A stretch of 63,740 nt of DNA, the filler included, from Anaerolineae bacterium (lineage in GTDB: Bacteria; Chloroflexota; Anaerolineae; Epilineales; Epilineaceae), in assembly GCA_029262755.1 (NCBI GenBank). It is 4 parts of 4 records of this genome, joined end to end, with 100 filler letters (N's around TTAATTAATTAA, not from the genome) between each part and the next. Parts side by side here need not be neighbours in the genome. Positions count along the whole stretch, not along the records: positions 1 to 29,090 come from JAJCYU010000378.1; 3 more parts are not named here. One strand, given 5' to 3'. The translations under genes were made by a program, and so were the position numbers. The notes below the pieces were generated by a model. That model saw only the letters and a program-made list of their open reading frames with translations, was not told the DNA's origin and did no database searches. Positions 18,788 to 28,988 of this stretch are shown one piece after another. Positions within the stretch are counted from its first letter, which is position 1, and each line of letters starts with the position of its first letter.

Positions 18788-21516
18788 GGCAAGCTCTCGG
18801 TCTCGCAACGTGCTTGCTCCTGCTCGTCCTGCTGCCGCTGGCAGGCTGCGTGGGCGACTGGTCGGAAGAAGAGACCGAGCCCACTGTGCTGGAGGCGCCT
18901 GCCGAAGGCAACGCGCGCAGCCGTGAGCCGGCATACGAAATCGACGACCTCTCTACGTTCGTGCAACTGCCCCCCTCGCCGACAGACCTTGGCGGCACGT
19001 GGGGCATCACCATCGGGCGTCCCGTTGTGTTTGGGCCTGCCCACTGGCTCGAGGCCGCTCCCATCCAAATCCAACTTAGCGAGGGGAGCACGGTGCTGGC
19101 CGAGGGGGAGGCCGCTCGCATCCGCGGTACGGAGTCGTGGGAGGCGGTGCTGCGCGATGGCGAAGGCAACGAGGTCTACCCGCTTCCCGGGCACTTTGCT
19201 CGGATCAACGTGGGAGAGTACGGGGTCGCACAGACCATTCCGAGGGTGGACGTGCGCACTGATCGCGAGGGAAGCACACTCCGCGGATACAGCGCTCCCG
19301 ATTCGGTTGTAGCACTGCGCAGCAAGGACGGCATCACGCGCACCGCAAAGACAGACGAGCACGGTGCGTTCGAGCTTAATCTTGGGGCTCCAGAGGAAGT
19401 TGCGGTCGACGCAGGGACGGGACCGGAAGAAAGACAGCGCGAGGCCGAAGATACTCCCGTCGCCGATTCGGGCGCCGCCGCCGACAACAATTCCATCAGC
19501 GAGTCCGACGTCGACAATGACAACAAATCCGAAGCCGAGTCCGACAGCAATTCCGGCACCGGATCCGATGCAGCTGCTCCTAGCACGGAGAACGCCGCTG
19601 CCGGTGACATCTCAGACCTCCGTGGTCCGGGAAGCAGCGCTACCGGCAGCCTCGCAGGCGGATCCGCATACACCCTGCAGGTGACCGACAAGAAGGGCTT
19701 CACCGTCGCAACCGACCACGGCGTGCCATACGTACGCATCTCCCTACACCCAGGCGACATCACCGGACGTACGAGGCCCTTCACGGTCGTCACGATGACC
19801 CTGCGCTCCGCCGACGGCAGCCTCCGCGGCGGAGGGGCTGCGGAAGCCGACGCAACGGGCCGCTTCACCGCTTGGATCCGCGACGACCAGATCCGCCGCG
19901 TGCGTCCCGAGACGGGCGATGTGCTGGTAATCCACGACGGCGAGCAGTTGCGGGAGATCGAGGTCGCAGCGCTGGAGGCCGATCACGACCTGGGCACGGA
20001 TCGGCTCGCTGGATTGGCACCGCCGGACGCGCGGATCGCCGTTGCTACATGGAATCCCTGGCGGCCGGGCGAGGTCGACAGCCCCGAGACGGACGTGGGC
20101 GAGTCGGGGGACTGGGAGATCGAGTCGAGCGTGAATCTCTTGCCGGCGAGCCACTACTACGTCACGGCGCACCTGCCCTCGGGCGACCAGATCTACTACT
20201 GCTACCAGGTGCCGTTGCTCGCGGCGCTGCCAGGAACACCGCGCGCCCTCGTCGAAGGACTCTGGGAGGTGGAGGCCGCACTCGAGCTCGTCCGGGCCGG
20301 CAACGTGGTTGCGAGCGCGTCCGGCGGCGGCGCGTGGTCGGGCGACCTCGACCTCGTCCTGCGCGATCCTGCCGGTGCACCGGTCGAGATCATGGCCGGC
20401 GATACGCTCCGCGGGATGCTCGACGGGACCCCGGTGACGCTCAAGGTCCCACGCTGGTCCGCATCGTTGGCCGCCGTCTCGACGGTGAACGAATCGGGCG
20501 CGGACGATTTCAGCGCCGAAGAACTCGGCGCCACCCTACCAAGCGCGGACGAATCGAGCGCAGACGGTGCCAGCGAAGACTCGATCGGCGACGTTGGGCC
20601 CACAGCTACTCCGACCCTTGCAGGCGGAGTTGTTTCCTCGGGAACCCTCGTGAGCGGCTCCACGGACGCAGGCGCCGCCGTGTTCTTGGCGCGCCAGTCA
20701 CCTCTCGATATCGAGGGCGAGGCGGATAGCCGCGGCGACTTTGCGCTCCTTGTCCCAGCCGCGAACCGCGATTCGATCGCGTACGCCGAAGACGAGCAAG
20801 GGGACGGCCGTGCTTCGAACGAGGGCGGGGACGGGGCGGAGGAACAGCAGCAGACCGAGACTGTGCGCTATGCAGACGGAGTGACGTGGCTCGCGAATCA
20901 GGGCGAACCGGCCGACCCGGAGCCGGGCGACAAGCTCTCTGCTATCTACGAGATGGCCGACGGGCATCACGTTCGTAGCACCTGGATCGGCCCGACAGTG
21001 GTCGTAACCTTCAGCACTACGAAGGATGGGGAAATCGGCGGAACGGCGGCTCCGGGTAGTTTGTTGACGGCGCGACTCGACCAGCCAAGCGGGATTTGGG
21101 TGACCGAGCAGCAACTGGTTGCGAACGTGAAGGGCAAATGGAGTTGGGACCTGCGCGCGATCGATGCTGCGGCGCTCAAGGCGGGCGACGTGGTCACTAT
21201 TGAGAGCGGGCCCTGGCGGTTGGAGCGGTCGCTCCCGCAGCTATCGGCGGAGCAATTCCTGGGACAAGCGCGCGGCACGGGCCCGGACGCGGAACTGCTC
21301 GAACTGCGTCTTGCCGGTCGGGACGCCGGCATCGAGGAGCGCCGATTCGTGACCACGGCCGGCGGTTCGTGGTCGCATAATCTCTGGGACGATGTCGAGC
21401 TGCGCGGGAGCGCGTTGGACAGCAGCGATCCAAGGTGGACGTTCCTGCACGTGGAAACGCTAACGCTGGCGTGGAAGGACGGACCGTGGACGATGCTGGT
21501 TGAGGGCTACTACTAG
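18784..21516 (+). CDS. Large lipoprotein with repeated Ig-like beta-sandwich segments
   Basis: Lipobox LAGC; recurring 'GxAxP...AD..G.F/W...I..GD' units; ATGA overlap with upstream gene; acidic insertions. Confidence 0.75.
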   Translation: MRQALGLATCLLLLVLLPLAGCVGDWSEEETEPTVLEAPAEGNARSREPAYEIDDLSTFVQLPPSPTDLGGTWGITIGRPVVFGPAHWLEAAPIQIQLSEGSTVLAEGEAARIRGTESWEAVLRDGEGNEVYPLPGHFARINVGEYGVAQTIPRVDVRTDREGSTLRGYSAPDSVVALRSKDGITRTAKTDEHGAFELNLGAPEEVAVDAGTGPEERQREAEDTPVADSGAAADNNSISESDVDNDNKSEAESDSNSGTGSDAAAPSTENAAAGDISDLRGPGSSATGSLAGGSAYTLQVTDKKGFTVATDHGVPYVRISLHPGDITGRTRPFTVVTMTLRSADGSLRGGGAAEADATGRFTAWIRDDQIRRVRPETGDVLVIHDGEQLREIEVAALEADHDLGTDRLAGLAPPDARIAVATWNPWRPGEVDSPETDVGESGDWEIESSVNLLPASHYYVTAHLPSGDQIYYCYQVPLLAALPGTPRALVEGLWEVEAALELVRAGNVVASASGGGAWSGDLDLVLRDPAGAPVEIMAGDTLRGMLDGTPVTLKVPRWSASLAAVSTVNESGADDFSAEELGATLPSADESSADGASEDSIGDVGPTATPTLAGGVVSSGTLVSGSTDAGAAVFLARQSPLDIEGEADSRGDFALLVPAANRDSIAYAEDEQGDGRASNEGGDGAEEQQQTETVRYADGVTWLANQGEPADPEPGDKLSAIYEMADGHHVRSTWIGPTVVVTFSTTKDGEIGGTAAPGSLLTARLDQPSGIWVTEQQLVANVKGKWSWDLRAIDAAALKAGDVVTIESGPWRLERSLPQLSAEQFLGQARGTGPDAELLELRLAGRDAGIEERRFVTTAGGSWSHNLWDDVELRGSALDSSDPRWTFLHVETLTLAWKDGPWTMLVEGYY

Positions 21517-22499
21517 TGGCCGTGGCCAACGTGTCCGCCTCAGGAAGTGATCCACAGCTCCAGCCACTGGCCTTGATCGCGGCCGTCGCGCCGGATGCAG
21601 CCGCCTGGCTTCAAGAGGCCGTTCACAGCGCGGGGCTCGGCCCCTTGCGCGACGCACAGCTCGTCGCGGACACGTCGCGCTCGGCTGTCGTTCGGTTGCA
21701 GCTGCCCGCTACGGACGCCCACTTCCCGGCCGACCGCATCCTGCCACCTCCGGAAGCCGCGATTCTTGCACGGCTTGCGCCGCGCTGGCCCGCGCACATC
21801 GCCCCGGTGATCGCGACGGACGCCGTACAGGGCTGGAGCCTAACCCTCGACGTCGGCACGCCGGGCTTGCCCGAGGACGACACGTCGGTGTGGTGCCGGA
21901 CGGTCGAGCGCTTCGCACGCATCCAACGCGACGATCCAGACACCGCGCAAGATTGGCTCGACCTGGGCTGCCGTGATCGCAGGCCGCTCGCACTCCGCGC
22001 GCAGTTCGACGGGCTGCTGGAGGATTGCGCGGACGAGCTAGACGATGCGGATCGCGACACGCTGGCCGGTCTCCAGCCGCGGATCGACGAAGCGTGCCGG
22101 GTTCTAGCCGGCGACGGATTGCCCGCTACGCTCGTCCACCAGGATCTGGTCCACGTGAACATCGTCGTTCGCGATGCAGAGCCGGTGTTTCTCGACTGGA
22201 GCGACACGGTTGTCGGTCACCCGTTCTTCGGCTGCGACCGCCTCCTGGACTCCTGTTGGACCGACACTGCCCGCAAAGAGGCGGTGATCACGGCCTACCT
22301 TTCCGCGTTCGCCGACCTCGCCGAGGAGGACGTGCTGCGCGCATCCTTCGCCGCGATGCTGCGGCTACGGGTGCTCTACGAGGGTATTCGCTGGCGCGAT
22401 GAGATCGCGGCGATGCAGCCCGGCGACGAGGGCATCGCCCGCTTGCGCGCCGACCAACTCGTGGGGCTGCGAGCCATGGCGGCCTTCGCCCGGCGGTAG
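21516..22499 (+). CDS. Aminoglycoside-phosphotransferase/choline-kinase-like protein
   Basis: Brenner motif 'HQDLVHVN', 'FLDWSD', 'GHPF'; TAGTG overlap with upstream stop. Confidence 0.85.
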   Translation: MAVANVSASGSDPQLQPLALIAAVAPDAAAWLQEAVHSAGLGPLRDAQLVADTSRSAVVRLQLPATDAHFPADRILPPPEAAILARLAPRWPAHIAPVIATDAVQGWSLTLDVGTPGLPEDDTSVWCRTVERFARIQRDDPDTAQDWLDLGCRDRRPLALRAQFDGLLEDCADELDDADRDTLAGLQPRIDEACRVLAGDGLPATLVHQDLVHVNIVVRDAEPVFLDWSDTVVGHPFFGCDRLLDSCWTDTARKEAVITAYLSAFADLAEEDVLRASFAAMLRLRVLYEGIRWRDEIAAMQPGDEGIARLRADQLVGLRAMAAFARR

Positions 22500-22730
22500 C
22501 GCGGGTCGCGCAGAGCGCTTGCGTCTGCGCTCGGTCGCTAGATGGGCCCGCTGCGCTGGGCACACTCGCGCGTGCTTGCCGTGCGCTGTCTCGCCTCCTC
22601 GCGATCGGACGAAGCCGTCTCGCCGCCTCGCCGGCACGCCCAGCGTCCCTCGCTCCACGCTACTTCGAATTCGAGCGTATTGACACGCCCTCTGGAGACG
22701 GTCGAATAGCCTGCTCATTCCAAACGCGAA

Positions 22731-22761
22731 CCGGGGCGGCCCAAACTTCGGACCGCCCCGG
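22731..22761. terminator. GC hairpin between convergent genes
   Basis: CCGGGGCGG...CCGCCCCGG stem; only a weak U tract. Confidence 0.45.
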
Positions 22762-22831
22762 TGCCCCGTCTATTGCTCGTTGTCGACGCGTGACCGCGTA
22801 CGCGCTCACGAACGTCGACCTACGACCGTGA

Positions 22832-24604
22832 CTACTCCGCGCTCGCCCCGTTCGCGCCGGCGATCGGTGCGCTGCGAAGCGCGAGCGGTAGGTAGATCCA
22901 TTCCATCGACACGCTCGTCGTCGGCTCAGCCGTCGCCGTCGCGGTCGGGCCCGGCAACGTCTCTGTCGCCGTCGCCATGCTCGTCGGGGTCGGCTCTACC
23001 GGCGGGGGCGGGAAGGTCGGCGGAGGGCCTTCGGTGGCCGTCGGGAACGGCGTCGGCGGCTGGATCGGCGTCGGGAACACGGGCGGTGGCGGCGGAGTGC
23101 CCGTCGGCCCCGGCATCGGGGTGGGTAGCGCGATGCGTTCGCCCGCGCCCCAATCGGGCTCCGTACCCATCGCCAACGGTCCGCTCACGGTGCCGCCCGT
23201 GGCGGGCACGGTGTAGAGCGCCCAACGGTCGGGACCGCGCTCGAATCGAGCGTTGAAGACCAGGCGCGTTCCGTCCGGGCTCCACGCCGGTCTCCGTAGG
23301 TCCCAGGTGGGGTGCGCCGCAACGGCGCCTACGCCGCCGGTGACCATGTCGAGCAGCCAGATATCATGCCGCGTATCGGTACTTGCTCCCTGCGGACGAC
23401 CCGACGCAAACGCGACATAGCGCCCGTTCGGAGACCAAGCCGGATCAATATCGTTGGCGAACCGGTTCGCGGTCAGGGCCTCGACGCGTCCGGGCTGCCA
23501 GCGATAGAGGGTCCCACCCAATGCACCGCTAACGGTGAACACCACGCTCTGTCCGTCCGGCGACCACGAGGGGTCGGCCACGACGCCGGTGGTGGAGTCC
23601 AGGCGGACGAGCACGCGTAGATCGGTGCCGTCCTCGCGAATCGCGCGGATCTCGCTACGACGGGTGCCGGCGCCCTGCTCGATGTGGGTATAGGCCACCC
23701 AGGCACCGGTGGGGTGCCAGTCCGGCTCCAGGTCCAGGGGGCCGGTCGTCAGATCGCGTGTCATGCCCGTTTCCAAGTTGAGCACGCGGATGTTCCATGG
23801 ACCGCTTGGCCCAAGGCCGCTGCGCTCTGCGAACGCGACCGAGCGCCGATCCGGCGCCCAGTTCGGCTGCACTTCCCAGCGATCGGGGCTGAACGTCAGC
23901 TGTCGCGGCGCACCGCCATCGGCATCGACCACGAACAGCTCGCTCTGGTCTCTTGCTGCCTCGTCGTTGAAGTAGTCGTAGACGATCGCGCCTTCACCGG
24001 GGAACTCGCCGGGCATGGGCGTGCCACGCGGCGTTGCGGTCGGGCCAGGGGTCGGCGGGGTCGCACCGCCCTGCGCGGGCAATACCACGACGCGCCCACG
24101 CATTCCCTCGTCCATGTGCAGCGTGCAGTGGTAGTCGTAGGTTCCGGCCGAGAGGAAGCGTACGCCGTAGCTCGAGCCGGGCACCAGCGCCCAATTCCAG
24201 AAGCCATTGTCGCTGGTCGTCGTGTGGACATGGGTGCCGCGGTTGGTCCAGCGAACCGCGCTGCCGACCGTGATGGTCACCACCGCCGGCTCGAAGAAGT
24301 CGTCGCGCGCCGCGACGTCGACAATGACCTGTTGCTGTTGGAGGTCGAGCTCACTCGACGCTCCGTCCGCAAGAAGGTCGCCGGAGGAACCGTAGGCACC
24401 GCCTTGCGCCGGGTCGAAGAGCGGAGCGACGATGCCGTCGCCTGGTGTGGTCGTCGACCCGAAGTCGGCCGCAACCGGTTGGGCTTGGCCTTGCGCCAGG
24501 GCAACCGCTGCGATGGCCAGCGCCGCAAGCGCGGCGCTGAACGGGCGAAGCACGTGCTGTTGAATCGGACCCGTTCGATGACGGGCAAAGCGAAAGTTCT
24601 TCAT
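22832..24604 (-). CDS. Secreted cupredoxin + TolB-like (PD40) beta-propeller protein with Pro/Thr tail and C-terminal IYLP motif
   Basis: GGAGG SD; signal peptide; 'HTTT...YHCTLHMDEGM' type-1 Cu ligands; several 'PxWSPDG' repeats; ends WIYLPLALR... Confidence 0.88.
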   Translation of the reverse strand: MKNFRFARHRTGPIQQHVLRPFSAALAALAIAAVALAQGQAQPVAADFGSTTTPGDGIVAPLFDPAQGGAYGSSGDLLADGASSELDLQQQQVIVDVAARDDFFEPAVVTITVGSAVRWTNRGTHVHTTTSDNGFWNWALVPGSSYGVRFLSAGTYDYHCTLHMDEGMRGRVVVLPAQGGATPPTPGPTATPRGTPMPGEFPGEGAIVYDYFNDEAARDQSELFVVDADGGAPRQLTFSPDRWEVQPNWAPDRRSVAFAERSGLGPSGPWNIRVLNLETGMTRDLTTGPLDLEPDWHPTGAWVAYTHIEQGAGTRRSEIRAIREDGTDLRVLVRLDSTTGVVADPSWSPDGQSVVFTVSGALGGTLYRWQPGRVEALTANRFANDIDPAWSPNGRYVAFASGRPQGASTDTRHDIWLLDMVTGGVGAVAAHPTWDLRRPAWSPDGTRLVFNARFERGPDRWALYTVPATGGTVSGPLAMGTEPDWGAGERIALPTPMPGPTGTPPPPPVFPTPIQPPTPFPTATEGPPPTFPPPPVEPTPTSMATATETLPGPTATATAEPTTSVSMEWIYLPLALRSAPIAGANGASAE

Positions 24605-25037
24605 GGGTACCTCCAAGTGAGGAAAGAGCGGGCAATCCAACGTCCAATGCATCAAGCATCCGAACGGCAGCGGTCTCACATCGCGAACGATCGTCCGCGT
24701 CCCGTGCCGTTCATCCTCAAGTTTAGATTTCTTGTGCTAGAGCGCTGTCAGCGATTTCGGAGTGCGCAACGCTGGTGCGGGCAAGCTCCAGCCTTCGAAA
24801 TCGCCGCACAGCCTAATTCTCCGGCTCGAACGGCCGTTCAGCGGGGCTGTGGACCGGAATCCGCCCCGAGACCAACGGACCGACGTAAGGGCGAGACCAG
24901 TCAGCGACCGGTCAGCGCTCGCGGGGACGCAGGCTGCTGAATGAGCGATCGTGCCTCGTTCTGTGGACGCCGTCGCGCGATCCGACGATCACCGAGCGCC
25001 CCACATCGCACGCATCGCAATGCATCCGCCCTTCGCG

Positions 25038-26000
25038 CTAACCCTGCAGGTCCCGGTTCACCAGATGCACGGGCTTCTCGCCCCGCAGCACGCCGAGAAC
25101 AGCGTCGACCGCCTGCGTCGCCACGGCCTCCTGCGCTTCGACCGTGCTCGCGCCGAGGTGGGGCGTGTGGAGCACGTTGGCCATACCGATCAGCGGATTG
25201 CCTTCGGGTGGTTCCTGCTCGAAGACGTCGATGGCCGCCGCGCGTAGCCCACCGTTGCGAAGCGCATCCGCGAGCGCGTTCGCATCAACAAGCGCGCCGC
25301 GTGCCACGTTGATCAGCACCGCGCTTGGCTTCATGCGGGCGAGGCTCTCGGCATTGATCATATGACGGGTCTCGTCGGTGACGATCGCGTGCAGGGTCAG
25401 GTAGTCGGCGCTTGCCAGCAGATCCGGAAGGGGCCGCATCGTGGCACCGGCCTTCGCGCCGTCCTCGTCGGAGACGAAGGGATCGAAGGCCTCGATGTGC
25501 ATGCCGAAGGCCCGCGCACGCTCCCCGACGAGCCGGCCGATTGTGCCGAAACCCACGATACCCAGCGTCTTGCCGTGCAGCTGGCGGCCGACGAACTCGG
25601 AGCGACGCCACTCGCCCGCGGCCACGGATGCGTGCGCGGGGGCCGTATGCCGGCTGACGGCGAGCATCAAGCACAGCGTCTGCTCGGCCGTCGTAATACT
25701 GTTGGCCGTCGGGCTGTTCATGACGGGAATCCCGTGCTTCGTGGCGGCCGCAAGGTCGATATTGTCGACGCCCACGCCGGCGCGCGCAATCGCCTTCAGC
25801 CGCGTTCCGGCCGCCAGCAACGCGGCATCGACCTGCGTGCCGGAACGCACGATCAGCGCATCGTATTCGCCGATCGCGGCCCGCAATTCCTCGGGCGACC
25901 AGCCGGTGTGGACGTGGCCCTTGACTCCGTCTGCCGCGTCGAGCATGTCGAGACCGGCCTGGTTCAGCGCATCGCTGACGAGCACGCGTAGGTTTGTCAT
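25038..26000 (-). CDS. serA: D-3-phosphoglycerate dehydrogenase (short form, no ACT domain)
   Basis: 'IVRSGTQV', 'RAGVGVDNID', 'GIVGFGTIG', 'INVARG', 'DVFEQEP', 'TPHLGASTVEAQ'. Confidence 0.88.
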   Translation of the reverse strand: MTNLRVLVSDALNQAGLDMLDAADGVKGHVHTGWSPEELRAAIGEYDALIVRSGTQVDAALLAAGTRLKAIARAGVGVDNIDLAAATKHGIPVMNSPTANSITTAEQTLCLMLAVSRHTAPAHASVAAGEWRRSEFVGRQLHGKTLGIVGFGTIGRLVGERARAFGMHIEAFDPFVSDEDGAKAGATMRPLPDLLASADYLTLHAIVTDETRHMINAESLARMKPSAVLINVARGALVDANALADALRNGGLRAAAIDVFEQEPPEGNPLIGMANVLHTPHLGASTVEAQEAVATQAVDAVLGVLRGEKPVHLVNRDLQG

Positions 26001-26001
26001 A

Positions 26002-27141
26002 TTAGATCGCCATTCCGGTTGTGGTCGGCGTCCAAAGACCCGCCTGGATCAGGAAGGCGTCCACGGCCTCAAGCAGCCGGTCGAGGTCACCGAGTTGGCA
26101 GTCGCCCATATGACCGATGCGGAAGGTCTTGCCCTTCAGGTCCCCGTAGCCGTTGGACAGGATCATGCCCTCTTCGCGCAGGAACGCATTGAGCGCGCCG
26201 ATGTCGATGCCGCGCGTATTCGCGATGCAGGTCACGGTCGGCGAGGCATATTCCTCCTCGCCGAAGAGCTCCAGGCCCCGGTCACGCGCCCAGCCGATGC
26301 AGCGATCGCGCAGGGCGAGGTGGCGCTCGAAACGCGCCGCCATGCCCTCGGCCAACATGGCATCCAACTGCACGTCCGCAGCGTAGAGTAGCGAGATCGC
26401 CGGCGTCGCGGGGGTTTGGTTCTTCTGCAGGTAGCGGTCCAGGGTCACGAAGTCGAAGTAGTAGCCGCGGTTGGGGATCGAGCGCGCTCGTTCCATGGCG
26501 CGATCGCTGACCGCGGCGAACGCCAAGCCCGGCGGTAGCGCAAAGGCCTTCTGGCTGGAGCACAGCGCGACATCCAGATCCCAGTCGTCAAACGCAAGCT
26601 GCGCGCCCGACATTCCGCTCACAGCATCGACCAAGATCATGATGTCCTTGCCGCCGGGCATCGCACGGATTGCGGCGGCGATCTCTTGCACCGGGTTGAG
26701 CACTCCGGCGCTGGTCTCGTTGTGCACGATCGCGACGGCGTCGAACGTGCCCTGGGCCAGGCGTTCGGTTATCTGCTCCGGCCGAAAGGCCGTGCCCCAT
26801 GGCGCGCTCACGCGTTCAACGCGCTTGCCGTTGGCTTCTGAAACCTCGGCCCAACGGTCGGCGAAGGCCCCGTTGACCGCATGCAGCACGGACTCGCGCA
26901 CGCAGTTGCGGCTGGCGCCTTCCCACATGCCGGTGCCGGACGAAGCGCTGATCAGCACCCGCGACTTCGTTTGAAAGACCTGTTGCAGCTTCTCGTGGAC
27001 ACGTCCGATCAGCTCCGCACACTCCGGCATACGATGGCCGATCATCCACCGCGCCTGTGCATCGAGGACCTCGGGTCGGGTCTCAACCGGACCGGGCAAG
27101 AACAGATGGATGTGGTCTTCGAGATCGCGGACGTCGCTCAC
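26002..27141 (-). CDS. Class V PLP aminotransferase (alanine/serine-glyoxylate type; probable phosphoserine aminotransferase)
   Basis: 'FLPGPVE', 'IGHR', 'HNETSAG', 'VDAVS', 'SSQKAFALPPG', 'FRIGHMG'; AGGAG SD before GTG 27141; abuts serA. Confidence 0.9.
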   Translation of the reverse strand: MSDVRDLEDHIHLFLPGPVETRPEVLDAQARWMIGHRMPECAELIGRVHEKLQQVFQTKSRVLISASSGTGMWEGASRNCVRESVLHAVNGAFADRWAEVSEANGKRVERVSAPWGTAFRPEQITERLAQGTFDAVAIVHNETSAGVLNPVQEIAAAIRAMPGGKDIMILVDAVSGMSGAQLAFDDWDLDVALCSSQKAFALPPGLAFAAVSDRAMERARSIPNRGYYFDFVTLDRYLQKNQTPATPAISLLYAADVQLDAMLAEGMAARFERHLALRDRCIGWARDRGLELFGEEEYASPTVTCIANTRGIDIGALNAFLREEGMILSNGYGDLKGKTFRIGHMGDCQLGDLDRLLEAVDAFLIQAGLWTPTTTGMAI

Positions 27142-27433
27142 GGCACGCTCCTGGCACTCGTAGGGATCGAACCGGCCGTACTCGCGAGCCGGCTCCGCGG
27201 GTTCGCCGGCGATTCCATCCCAACCCGCGACGGGCCGAGACACACACGGCGAGACGCGCGCGATGGTGCCAGCCGGACGGGTCCCAAGCAAGAAATGATG
27301 CGCCGTTGGAAGGGCCGAAACGCGCCGCAACCCATGGACGTCGACCGCCGATGCCAGGTCGCACCGACGCCGAGGGACGACCGCATTGCCGAGTGAACAT
27401 CGGTGGACGCGACGACGTGCCACCGCACGGGCC

Positions 27434-28867
27434 TTACGCAGTCTCGACGTGCACGATCGCGTGTTTCTTCTTGCCTGCCGAGATCTTCAGCTCCCCTTCG
27501 TTAAGATCCTCAAACGTCACCGAGTGGTGTGGATCGGTTACCTGGATGTCGTTCACGCGCCCCCCGCCCTGCTGAATCAGGCGCCGACCCTCGCTGTTGG
27601 AGCCGACCAAGCCGCTTCGGCCGAGAAGGAGAAAGAAGGGAATGCCCGCCTCCAGCTCGTCACGCGGTATGGCTACACGCGGCAGTCCGTCGCCGCGCCC
27701 CGACCCGCCGTCTGCGAACGTCTCGCGAGCCGTCGCCGCCGCCTCGTGTGCGATCGCGCGACCGTGAACGAGGGTGGTCAACTCCGTGGCGAGAAAGACC
27801 TTCGCATCGTTGATCGCACTGCCTTGCAAGCCCGCCAGCCGCTGCATTTCTGCATCCGGCACATCGCCGAAGATGCCGAGCACCTTCAGCACATCGTCGT
27901 CCTCGATGTTGCGCCAGTACTGCCAGAACTCGTAGGGGGACATCAGATCGGCGGACAGCCAGACCGCGCCGCCCACGGTCTTGCCCATCTTCTGGCCGGC
28001 GGAATTCAGCAGCAGCGGCGCCGTGAGCGCGAAAAGCTTCGCGTCGCGCATCCGGCGACCAAGCTCGACGCCGTTGATGATGTTGCCCCACTGGTCACTT
28101 CCCCCGGTCTGGAGAACGCAGTCGTGGCGCGCATGCAGCTCGGCAAAGTCGTAGGCCTGGAGGATCATGTAGTTGAACTCGAGGAAGGTCAGCGGCTGCG
28201 AACGCTCAAGCCGGCGCTGCACGCTCTCCATGGTCAGCATTCGGTTGATGGTGAAGTGGCTGCCGACATCCCGTAGGAAGGGGATGTACGCGAGTTCGTC
28301 GAGCCACTCCGCGTTGTCGACCAGCACCGCGGGCCGCGCGGTGGCGCGCGCGCTCTCGATCACGTTGCTTGCGCTGCTCGCCACCGATTCGCTCCTCGTG
28401 GCCCGCTCGTCGACCGTGCTCCCGTCTCCGAAGTCCAAGAAACGCCGCACGACCGTCTCGATCCGATCCCGGTTGTGTTGGATCGTCTCCGCATCGAGCA
28501 TCTGGCGCATATCGTCCTTGCCGGAAGGGTCGCCGATTTTCGTCGTCCCACTGCCGAGCAACACGATTACGTGATGACCATGCCGCTGCAGCGTGCGCAG
28601 CATCATGAGCGTAACGAGGTTGCCCACGTGCAGGCTCGGCGCCGTCAGGTCGTAGCCGTTGTACGCTACGATCGGGCCCGCGCACATCCGGGCGTCGAGC
28701 GCCGCAAGGTCCGAGCACTGGTATACGAGCCCCCGTGCGACCAGCTCACGCAGCGCAGGGCTGCGCAAGGCGCCAACCTGCGCGTCGGTCACGGTCGGCG
28801 TATCCGCGCTCGGGCTTTCGGGTGCCGTAGGCGGGGACGAGGAATGCGTCGGGGCGACCTGGTTCAT
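27434..28867 (-). CDS. tyrS: Tyrosine--tRNA ligase
   Basis: 'GYDLTAPSLHVGN', 'GDPSGK', 'LEFNYMILQAYDF', 'GGSDQWGN', 'KMGKT', S4-like C-terminus; GGAG SD before ATG 28867. Confidence 0.97.
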   Translation of the reverse strand: MNQVAPTHSSSPPTAPESPSADTPTVTDAQVGALRSPALRELVARGLVYQCSDLAALDARMCAGPIVAYNGYDLTAPSLHVGNLVTLMMLRTLQRHGHHVIVLLGSGTTKIGDPSGKDDMRQMLDAETIQHNRDRIETVVRRFLDFGDGSTVDERATRSESVASSASNVIESARATARPAVLVDNAEWLDELAYIPFLRDVGSHFTINRMLTMESVQRRLERSQPLTFLEFNYMILQAYDFAELHARHDCVLQTGGSDQWGNIINGVELGRRMRDAKLFALTAPLLLNSAGQKMGKTVGGAVWLSADLMSPYEFWQYWRNIEDDDVLKVLGIFGDVPDAEMQRLAGLQGSAINDAKVFLATELTTLVHGRAIAHEAAATARETFADGGSGRGDGLPRVAIPRDELEAGIPFFLLLGRSGLVGSNSEGRRLIQQGGGRVNDIQVTDPHHSVTFEDLNEGELKISAGKKKHAIVHVETA

Positions 28868-28988
28868 CGGGTTCTCCAAGAAACATGCGGCACGCCTCGT
28901 GGCGTGACGAAGCGAAAGTCTAGTCCGGCGCTGTTGCGGTCGCCAGGATCGGCGGTTCGCATCGTGACAAGGTAACGGCCCGTCCGCA

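Noticed and set aside
27142..27433. Possible riboswitch upstream of the aminotransferase-serA pair
   Set aside because: No glycine, ZTP, THF or T-box consensus recognisable on the minus strand.
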